Below are positions 40,474-48,607 of a DNA stretch of 64,000 nucleotides, piece after piece. The DNA is taken from IMG/VR virus record IMGVR_UViG_3300031555_004294, positions 32,001-96,000 of that record. The stretch is one strand, 5' to 3'. The notes under the pieces are model-generated. The model worked only from the letters and a program-made list of their open reading frames with translations. It ran no database searches and was not told where the DNA came from. The stretch is from a virus. Lineage: Duplodnaviria > Caudoviricetes. A program made the position numbers and the translations under genes. Numbering within the stretch: position 1 is the stretch's first letter; the number at the start of each line of letters is the position of its first letter.

Positions 40474-40734
40474 ATGATGACTAAAACCCAATTTGCAAAA
40501 AAGATCGTTGAAGGATTTTGCAAAGATGTTGACTACAGAACTATTACTGATTGGTCTCCTTATATCTGTATGAGTAGTAGACTCGCAGTTGCATTAGAAT
40601 TCCTTGGATTGATTCCGAAGGATTCTTATACAGAATCTAGAGGAGGAATTGAAATGGTTTACTATGACAAGGAGAATAATGAGTCTGCAATTCTTTCAAC
40701 CAGAGAACTTCTTTCGTTGCTTCCTGATGAATAA
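40474..40734 (+). CDS. Small hypothetical protein (intron-embedded)
   Basis: 86-aa ORF with SD AAAGGA. Confidence 0.65.
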   Translation: MMTKTQFAKKIVEGFCKDVDYRTITDWSPYICMSSRLAVALEFLGLIPKDSYTESRGGIEMVYYDKENNESAILSTRELLSLLPDE

Positions 40735-40748
40735 TTAAAGTTCAAGAA

Positions 40749-41190
40749 AGTGTTAAGGGATCACTTTAAATATCCCTTCTCTAATTTATAAAACTAGAAA
40801 GGAAATATGTTAACCATGAAACGTGAATATATTGACAACGAAGAAATCATGAGTAACGATACTATTGAAATGGAGCATATCGTCACTGCAAAAAGGATTG
40901 AAAATAATATTGTGCTTTTTCAAAACGTAATTGCTAGTTTTTCAGGTGTAAAACTTACCGATGGTAAAGGCCCAAATGATCCAGATGAAGATGCATTTTG
41001 TGAGTTCAAATACAAAGATGATAAATTTTACTATAGAGATAGTCTCACAAAAGAGTTTGAAGAAGTTACATATGCTTTTTGGACGAATACTCTCTTATAC
41101 TATGTTTCTGAAGGACATAGTATTCATTATTTCAATGAAGACTAATTCATCTACATACAGTGTTAAGGGATCACTATAAATGTCCCTTCT
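40749..41190 (+). repeat. 32-nt direct repeat (2 mismatches) containing a hairpin, flanking ORF 40807-41145
   Basis: AGTGTTAAGGGATCACT(T/A)TAAAT(A/G)TCCCTTCT at 40749-40780 and 41159-41190. Confidence 0.85.
40807..41145 (+). CDS. Hypothetical acidic protein (last intron-embedded gene)
   Basis: 112-aa ORF with SD AAAGGA. Confidence 0.65.
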   Translation: MLTMKREYIDNEEIMSNDTIEMEHIVTAKRIENNIVLFQNVIASFSGVKLTDGKGPNDPDEDAFCEFKYKDDKFYYRDSLTKEFEEVTYAFWTNTLLYYVSEGHSIHYFNED

Positions 41191-41197
41191 TTTTTTA
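41165..41197 (+). terminator. Terminator of the intron-embedded operon
   Basis: AAGGGA...TCCCTT hairpin plus T tract, ending just before the P6a arm. Confidence 0.7.
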
Positions 41198-41199
41198 TA

Positions 41200-41286
41200 A
41201 TTTTTTAAGATAAGCTGCTGATTATACAAAATTTTGTATGTTCCAGCAATTAAGGAAGTTTATCAAGGTGATCAATAATAAATTTC
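41200..41286 (-). ncRNA. Group I intron 5' half (P1/IGS, P3, P4, P5, P6a 5' strand)
   Basis: |GAAATTTATTATTGATCACC...AATTGCTGGAACATACAAAATTTTGTATAATCAGCAGCTTATCTTAAAAAAT. Confidence 0.88.
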
Positions 41287-44200
41287 AACCACCATTAGAG
41301 TTTTTACTAATACGTTCAGATATATCAATTACATCTGTCGTACCATCTTTGTAACGAATTATTACTAACTCGTTCTTTGTATCTACCTTTTCTACTACAC
41401 CATCTTGTTCTGCAATAGATACAAAGTCAGAGGATAAAGTATAAGGTAGAGTTCTTTCTATACCAGAGCCATATAAAGGTCTGGATTGTTTTTCAGTGGG
41501 AACTGAGTGTTTCGCTTGTTGCGTCTGCATTCCAATTCTCGGAGGATCCGCATGAAGTGAGGTATAGCAAGACAATAGTTCACCAGCTGTTAGCATATTA
41601 GTTGCTGCTAAGTCTTGAACGTTAGTATTTGTATCGATGAAACCAAAATTGTTAGTTACTTTAGGATTATAACTGAGCTGACGAGTTACGCCAACCTTAT
41701 TACTATCAGGTGAACTTATTCCAAGTAGACCAACCATACTTTGGTCGTAAGATCTCATTTGAGGTGTAAAGGCATCATCTAAATTAGTACCTCCGATACC
41801 CTTATAAGTTGTTGATCCAAGTCTTTCAATTTCAAGCACAGGACTAAGTGTCGAATATGCTTCAACAATAGGACTTTCAACCAACTTCTTAATTACAGCA
41901 TCAGGACTGTGTAATGAAATCTTTCTATCAGTATAACCTGACTTATAAGCATCTTTATATTCCCTAACAGCTTCAGATAACACATCATACAATGTTGCAT
42001 TAACAGTTTCTATACTACGTAGACGATAGTTTTTCATATCATTTACAGGTACATAACTGTTATCAGACAATAAAGTATTACAATGTAACAAAACTCCTAA
42101 AAGGTCATTAGGAAGTTTCATGTAATCTAAAATTTCTTTAGTCTTAGGGTCTAAAAGGAAGTTCAAAGTATTTTGGAAACCTTTAGCTAAGTTTCTCTTA
42201 CCATAACGTAAATCAAAATACTCGATGTAAATACCTTTTTCATTCATAGCTGCAAATTCAGTTTCCTTCAAGAAAGGAATGTCATTCAATCCATTCATGA
42301 GTAAACTGTTTCTTAATGGAGTAGACTTATAGTTCAGATAACCATCAGCAAATCTTATAGATGACCATAATGAAACATCGTCATCATCTAATTGCTTCTT
42401 TTTTTCTGAGAACTCGTATTCTATTCCATATCTAAGCATTACATTTTCTAAACCAAAATAGAAACCTGTAAGAATAATTAACGGAATCATAGTTCCAGTT
42501 ACTTTAGTTCTTACATACATGAACTTAGAAGAAACTTTTTGATTTAGCAGCTTCTTATAAAGTTCTGTCTCTTCATGTTGTTTAAAAATACTTAGGACTA
42601 GATTGAAAATTGAAGTATAAGTTGTACTAGCTTGAAGTTTCAAAGCTTCATTCAAGTTAGAATTGTAGGAATGAATTAAACCATCTTCTACGTTGATAGT
42701 ATAAATGATACCATTTACTTTGTTAACTCCTAGCAAGTACTCTCCTTCTGGAATTGAATCATCAATACTTCTATCTAAGAATTCTGAAATCTCAGCATTT
42801 ACTTTATCTCGGTTAAAACATAACATAACGTTTCTGTTATAGTCAAACGAGAGCATATATCTAGAAACTTCGTCATACTCCATTAGAGTTGAATATTTAG
42901 AGTTAACTTGGACGCAATTTCCTAACTTTACAGAAATCTTTCCTTTATGACTAGGTGCATCTTTCAAAATAAAATTCTTCAATTTGTCAGAGTTAGATGA
43001 AAGTTTGGAATTAAATCTCCAGAAAAACATCTTACCCTTGTCAGTAGAAATTGAAACTTCGTTTGGCTTATTTTTAGTAATTGGTAGCTTCATTAACTGT
43101 TTACCAATACTAACTTTGTGATCATTAAGATACATGAACGAATTATCATAAATGATAGGCATCTCGATGTTAACGATATGTCTATTACCCCAACCATCTT
43201 CGTAATTGACCTTAATGAGTTCTTTCTTGTTAATTTCATCTGAGATATCTTCTCTTGAGAGGTCAGTTATATAAATAGGACATTCTGGATCATTATTAAA
43301 CGCAGAAAGGACTTTAATCAAGTCTTTATCTTTTTGATTCTTAACGTAGTTTCTATCTAATTCTTTAAGAGTACAAGTTTTTACTTCCTCATTCAGTGTG
43401 TTAATGTTTATCGTTTCTGTATTAATAGAATGAACTTCATGGTCATGCAAAATGTTATCAATATTGAGTGGCTTGTTACTCACTTTAATATTGACATCAA
43501 CTTTATTTTGCTTTTCCTTAAGTCGTTCTAACTTATTTTCAGGAACTGTAGTCTGATTATTTTTCAAATTGACGAGATAATTCAAAAATCTCTCATCATT
43601 ATTAAGTTCATCTTCTAGTTCATCAACATTGTTAAAGGAAGTTGCTTTATTATCAATGGTTTTTTCAATTCTATCTAGAAGTTCTAAATCATCCGTGTTT
43701 AAAGCAATTTTGTCTGTCAGTTTTAGTCCTTTTACAATCTTATTTTTAATGGGTTTTGCTATATCAGCTTTAACCTGTTTTGATTGTAAATTCTTAATTT
43801 TTTCTGAAGATTGTTTATTTGTTACAGATAAAACTTTACTACTGGATTGAACTATTTGATTATCAGAATTCTGAATTTCTGCTTCTTCTTCCTTATCCAA
43901 CTCTATTCCATTAGAAATTTTATACAAGATGTTTGAAAGTTTCTTGAATTTAGCTAATGAAAATTTTGGATCAGAAAAGTCTACTAAAAACATTCTCGTA
44001 TTGTTTTTATCAGAAAATACGAACTTGTATTTTTTAAAGAACTCGTAATCAAAAGTTCCCTGTTTAAGCATGAAATACAAGATATTTTCAAAACTAAATA
44101 TACGTCCAGTAGTAATTAGCTCTTTAGGAATTACTTGAATGAAAACTTCAGAATAACTATTAGTTTTACCTAAAATTTCTTTTAAAAATGGTATGAATGG

Positions 44201-44617
44201 TTTTAATTTACTTTCAAAACTTTTATAAGATTTATACGTCTCTTCAAATACTTTATAATATCCATAGGTATCAAAATAAGTATTGTATCCTCCATATAAA
44301 TCTAATTTGATTCGCTTAAAAGTAATATTTGGACTTTTAACATCCATTTCTTTGTACTTTACATCTTGTAAAGTATCTACTTTTCTACCCCTACAAGAAG
44401 CTAATTTTTCTGTTTTATAAGGATAGAAGTAACCTTTTACAAATTGTTTGATAAACAGATTGGAGTTAATGATGTCATAAACATCTGATGAAGATGTATT
44501 CAACGAAAATATTAATCGACCTTTTTGTTTATTAGTATTTTCATCATTACTTAGATAGAGGTTATAATTTTTATAAAGATACAAATTTTTATCTAAATCG
44601 TAGTAATTAACCCTCAT
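41287..44617 (-). CDS. rpoB: RNA polymerase beta subunit, exon 1 (spliced product predicted 1411 aa; likely virion RNAP)
   Basis: RSYDQSMVGLLGISSPDSNKVGVTRQL, HADPPRIGMQTQQAKHSVP (beta DANRALMGSNMQRQAVP equivalent); ends at KNSNGG at the splice site. Confidence 0.9.
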
Positions 44618-44648
44618 ATAAGCTTTTCTCCTCCTTTCACTTTTTAGT

Positions 44649-44660
44649 TAGTATTTTGTT
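44649..44660 (-). promoter_or_regulatory. AR9-type late promoter motif upstream of RNAP beta
   Basis: AACA-AAATAC-TA 32 nt before the ATG; SD AAAGGAGG in between. Confidence 0.55.
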
Positions 44661-45117
44661 TGTATAACATAATCTATATCAGATCATATAATTATTTGGT
44701 AGTAATTTTTATTTTTTATAAATTTTTAATTCTATTAGATTTTTAAAAATCTAATAGAATTTTTTATTTAATTTATATTAAAAATTTTATAATTTATAAA
44801 AACCCCCTCTAAATCTCCCCCATAAGGAAAAATTAGGAAATTTTGTAGCTGTAATTTTATGTTACGATGAACTAGATTTTTAAATTTTTAAAAATACGAG
44901 TAATAATTCATTACTAAAACTAGGTATATACTAAATTAGGAAAAACAACATTTTATCGTTTAAAATTTAATCCAATTTTTAAGTATATATTTTTGTTTTA
45001 GAAATAGTATTATGTGAGGTATGAAATAGTATCTTCTTCCTATTTCTTATTTTCTCATAGTATTATTTTGTACAAAATAATACTCAAAAAAAATTATTAA
45101 AAGGAGGACTAACAAAC

Positions 45118-45837
45118 ATGGCAGTTGTTAGCAAGAAAAAGCCCGTTGCGTCAAACACACCCGCAACTACTAAGACCACCAATACTGTAGAAAAGAAGGC
45201 AGTAGCACCCGTTAAGAAGACTGAAACTAAGCAGGCTCCTGTTAAGAAGGCAGAGACCAATAAGAAACTAACTCTTAAGGGTGAACCCAAGGCTCCTAAG
45301 TCCTTTGAGATTAGAGAAGGCAGCCAGGCTACTCAGGACGCTTTTATTGACCGCTTCTATAAGAAGTTCCTTGATCTTGGTTATGATGTAACTAAGGAAC
45401 AGGTTAAGGCTGTTAAGAAGGCATATAGTGAAACCCTTAGAGAAGTAACTGACATTGCTTCCTATCAGGATGTTGATGCTGGTATTTACTATGCTCGTCG
45501 CTATATCAAGGCACGTGTAACTGCACCCCCTAAGGCTGGTAATGGTCTTAAGACCCTTATGAATGGTCACTATGAACTCAAGGTACGTAAGCTCCTTGGT
45601 AATGAAGAAGAATTTAAGTTCTTTGGTGATGTAAATGAAGATGGCACTATCTTCATTACTGAAGATGGAACTGAAATTCCTCTTACTGAAGAAGAAGTTG
45701 AAGTAAAGCCTGCAACTAAGAAGACCGTTACTAAGAAGGCTCCTGTTGTTGTAGAAGAGGAAGAAGAATTTGAAGAAGAGGAAATCGAAGAGGATGAAGA
45801 ATACGATGATTTCCTTGATGACGAGGATGAAGAGTAA
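45118..45837 (+). CDS. HU/IHF-like DNA-binding protein with Lys-rich N-terminus and acidic C-tail
   Basis: VTKEQVKAVKKAYSETL...ARRYIKARVTAPPKAG resembles the HU helix 2 and arm; highly biased codons suggest high expression. Confidence 0.5.
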   Translation: MAVVSKKKPVASNTPATTKTTNTVEKKAVAPVKKTETKQAPVKKAETNKKLTLKGEPKAPKSFEIREGSQATQDAFIDRFYKKFLDLGYDVTKEQVKAVKKAYSETLREVTDIASYQDVDAGIYYARRYIKARVTAPPKAGNGLKTLMNGHYELKVRKLLGNEEEFKFFGDVNEDGTIFITEDGTEIPLTEEEVEVKPATKKTVTKKAPVVVEEEEEFEEEEIEEDEEYDDFLDDEDEE

Positions 45838-45956
45838 TTCTTTCATCGTTTAAAAATAACATAGAGAACTAATTAAATAAAATTGGTGAGAGTAGATAGA
45901 AATATTTACTCTCACCTTTTTACTAATTTTTTTGATGGAAAGGAGAAATTTAAGTT

Positions 45957-46676
45957 ATGTATAACCCTGCTACTGATAGTAATCCTTTATTTCAAGTAGA
46001 CTTTGATTGGAATAAGAAACCAATTATTTGCATTAACATATCTGAGATGGTAAAACAAAAGTATAAGATACCAATGCAATATGAAACTATTAATATTGGC
46101 GGCAACTCAGACGACATGCATTTTCTATGTCGAAAAATTGACAGATACTTACTTCATATAGTTGAAGAAATTGCTGAATTTTTGAAAGAATTTAATGATA
46201 TAAATACAAAATTTCCTGATTTAAAAAATTACACAGAACATAAAGAATGTCTTATGGAGCTTATTGATGTAACAGCTTATATTACAAGTCTCCTAAGTCT
46301 ATTCTATATAGATCTCAATGGTTTAGAAAATACGAAAAACTTAGAAAATAGTTTTGAAAGAATTTTTAATGACGAAATTAGCAGTCTTAAAAATGAAGAT
46401 GTGAAAAATGTAGTAAATGAAAAGTTACTTAACATAGAAAGCATACTAATAAATGGAATTAGAAGAAATTTTCCAGAAAGAAAATGGCATAAAGATACTG
46501 ATAGAATTCTTTCAGTAAAAGAACTTTATGATCTTTATAAGAGTTGTATTCGTGAATGTACAAAAGCTCTTTATGTTGCAGTATTATTGTTTTTATACTT
46601 GACTGATATGAATGTTGACCTTTTTACACAGATGTTTCTTGACAAAAATGAAGAAGTATATTCTTTAAAAAAATAA
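45957..46676 (+). CDS. All-alpha NTP pyrophosphatase (dimeric dUTPase/MazG-like)
   Basis: HIVEEIAEF...LMELIDV and RKWHK motifs. Confidence 0.55.
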   Translation: MYNPATDSNPLFQVDFDWNKKPIICINISEMVKQKYKIPMQYETINIGGNSDDMHFLCRKIDRYLLHIVEEIAEFLKEFNDINTKFPDLKNYTEHKECLMELIDVTAYITSLLSLFYIDLNGLENTKNLENSFERIFNDEISSLKNEDVKNVVNEKLLNIESILINGIRRNFPERKWHKDTDRILSVKELYDLYKSCIRECTKALYVAVLLFLYLTDMNVDLFTQMFLDKNEEVYSLKK

Positions 46677-46764
46677 AAAAGAGAACAACTATATTATACG
46701 ATTGAAAAATTTAATAACTCAATCGTGTAGTATAGTTCGTTCAGTTTTTACAAATTATTTTTAT

Positions 46765-46841
46765 TGGGGTGTAGCCAAGTGGCCTAAGGCACGAGACTTT
46801 GACTCTCGCATTCGAATGTTCAAATCATTCCACCCCAGCCA
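46765..46841 (+). tRNA. tRNA-Gln(TTG)
   Basis: Cloverleaf, CGAGA-CTTTGAC-TCTCG, encoded CCA. Confidence 0.92.
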
Positions 46842-47055
46842 ACGGTATATTTGTTAGAAGCATCGACAAGGATATGAGTTGTTGGAGTACTATGAAGAGT
46901 AAATGCGAGATTATCGCAGTTAGCCACCTAAGCAATGCGTGCATGTAATGGATATTAGTTTCAAATATTGAGTTCTCCGCCAATTCCAGAGTATGACTGA
47001 CCTTCAACAGAAAACTGTAAAACAAAGAGGGAAATAAGACATATGAAAGAGGTTT

Positions 47056-47610
47056 ATGAAAATGAGCAAATCAATGCTATTTAATTGGGCATTCAAGCGA
47101 ATTTTAGGGTTAAGAGATGTTGGTGTATTCTTTAAGGTAATGAAGGAGCGCAAAGAAATTAAAACACAAGTTAATCTTAAAGGAGCCATAAGTTCTCCTA
47201 ATCATCTTAGCGAAATCATTGTTGGTCATGATGAACAGATTGATAAATGGATTGAGCCTATGGCTGCTGGAACTGAAAGTTGCCCTTATTGGGATTGTAC
47301 AAGACTGTTCTACGGCAAGGAGGCTAACTTTGACTGGGGCGAAAAGAATATGGAATATTGGCTTGGTATGAGACAAACAGTTCTAGCTCCTATCATCCCT
47401 ATTCCGATTTGTGCTTATGAGGAAGTCTATATTCTTGGTGAATCGGATAAGGCTTTTAGAGATTGCATGAAGAAGTATGGTAAAGCTCGTGCTTTCCATG
47501 ATCACGCTGAAGAGTTTGGTGCAAAGAAGATAATTGATAAAACAAATGTCTACTTTATGCAATGTGACATTTCTTATATGAAAGACCCTGTGTGGTCTAC
47601 TTGTGAGTGA
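47056..47610 (+). CDS. Hypothetical protein inside the tRNA cluster
   Basis: 184-aa ORF, SD GAGG. Confidence 0.6.
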   Translation: MKMSKSMLFNWAFKRILGLRDVGVFFKVMKERKEIKTQVNLKGAISSPNHLSEIIVGHDEQIDKWIEPMAAGTESCPYWDCTRLFYGKEANFDWGEKNMEYWLGMRQTVLAPIIPIPICAYEEVYILGESDKAFRDCMKKYGKARAFHDHAEEFGAKKIIDKTNVYFMQCDISYMKDPVWSTCE

Positions 47611-47746
47611 TGTAGTCGCTATACAAATGACTATCTTTTTGTGAAATTATATTTCACACAAGTGAGCCTCTGTTGTGAACAGACTCCAAGGCTACGGCGA
47701 TTGGCCTCTCGAAAGAGTTAAAAATCGCCATTTATTTCAAATAATT

Positions 47747-47837
47747 GGAGAGATACCCAAGAGGTCGAAGGGGGCGGTCTACTAAACCGCTAGGGCATGT
47801 AAATGTTGCAAGAGTTCAAATCTCTTTCTCTCCGCCA
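47747..47837 (+). tRNA. tRNA-Ser(ACT), unusual A34 anticodon
   Basis: GGAGAGA/TCTCTCC acceptor, G discriminator, long variable arm, GCGGT-CTACTAA-ACCGC. Confidence 0.85.
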
Positions 47838-47888
47838 AATATTTATTAAAGTTCTCAGTAGTTTTAACCTGTTGGGAACTTTATCTAT

Positions 47889-47963
47889 GCTGGTGTGGCT
47901 CAATGGCAGAGCAGCTGATTTGTAATCAGCAGGTTGATGGTTCGAATCCGTTCACCAGCTCCA
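47889..47963 (+). tRNA. tRNA-Thr(TGT)
   Basis: GCTGA-TTTGTAA-TCAGC, CCA. Confidence 0.93.
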
Positions 47964-47966
47964 TTT

Positions 47967-48041
47967 CGGGATGTAGCGTATTGGTTACGCACTAGTTTTG
48001 GGAACTAGATCAAGTAGGTTCGATTCCTATCATTCCGACCA
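47967..48041 (+). tRNA. tRNA-Pro(TGG)
   Basis: CTAGT-TTTGGGA-ACTAG, CCA. Confidence 0.9.
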
Positions 48042-48129
48042 GAAATATTGATTAAAGTCTTGATATTTTAAATTACTAGACTTTAAATTTTTAAAAATCT
48101 GAGTAATAAATAATTATTCAGATTTTTAT

Positions 48130-48205
48130 TCCTCCTTAGCTCAGTCGGCAGAGCACCTGACTGTTAATCAGGGTGTCGCTGGTTCAAGCCCAGCAGGGGG
48201 AGCCA
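48130..48205 (+). tRNA. tRNA-Asn(GTT)
   Basis: CCTGA-CTGTTAA-TCAGG, CCA. Confidence 0.93.
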
Positions 48206-48247
48206 TATTAAAGTCTTGATAAATTAAATCATCAAGACTTTACATTT

Positions 48248-48323
48248 GCAGTAGTAACTCAATTGGTAGAGTGCTAGCCTTCCAAGCTGGATGTCGCGAG
48301 TTCGAGCCTCGTCTACTGCTCCA
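48248..48323 (+). tRNA. tRNA-Gly(TCC)
   Basis: CTAGC-CTTCCAA-GCTGG, CCA. Confidence 0.93.
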
Positions 48324-48467
48324 ACAAAAAATTTAAATCAAGTTTTAAATACATATTTTAAACTTGAAAAAAAAGGAAACGTATTAAAGTAAATTTTAAA
48401 TACATATTCTTATTCTGTAAAAAGAAAATGAATTACATGACAAATGTTAACACTTTCCTTTACATAT

Positions 48468-48554
48468 GGGGGTATGGCGGAACAGGTAGACGCAAGGGAC
48501 TTAAAATCCCTCGGTAGAGATACTGTGAGGATTCGAATTCCTCTACCCCCACCA
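48468..48554 (+). tRNA. tRNA-Leu(TAA)
   Basis: AGGGA-CTTAAAA-TCCCT, long variable arm, CCA. Confidence 0.93.
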
Positions 48555-48607
48555 CTCGTTTAGGTAATTCTATCCTATAATAGAATTACCTAAACATTTT
48601 TATTTAT

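Larger units (their letters stand above)
35803..41286 (-). mobile_element. Group I intron (5,484 nt) in the RNAP beta gene with a 5.26-kb antisense multigene insert in P6a
   Basis: 5' exon ends GGTGGTT and pairs with IGS GATCACC (U.G at the splice site); P AATTGCTGGAA, Q AATCAGCAG, R GTTCAACGACTA, S AAGATATAGTCT; terminal G at 35803; splicing restores the frame SNGG-F-YISN. Confidence 0.9.

Noticed and set aside
36138-41145. Homing endonuclease, transposase or integrase within the intron cargo
   Set aside because: No GIY-YIG, HNH, LAGLIDADG, DDE or tyrosine/serine recombinase motif was recognised; 39073-39813 has only CxxC pairs. All ORFs are antisense to the intron. A remote nuclease cannot be excluded without HHpred.
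35922-41214. 15-bp inverted repeats as transposon terminal repeats
   Set aside because: There is no transposase or target-site duplication, and the repeats sit exactly where the P6a stem belongs.
34898-44617. Two RNAP beta ORFs read as naturally split subunits or as a pseudogene
   Set aside because: Exon 2 is open for 69 codons upstream of the ORF-track start, including the conserved GDYTLED motif, with no evident start signal. Complete group I elements sit exactly at both breakpoints and restore the frame.
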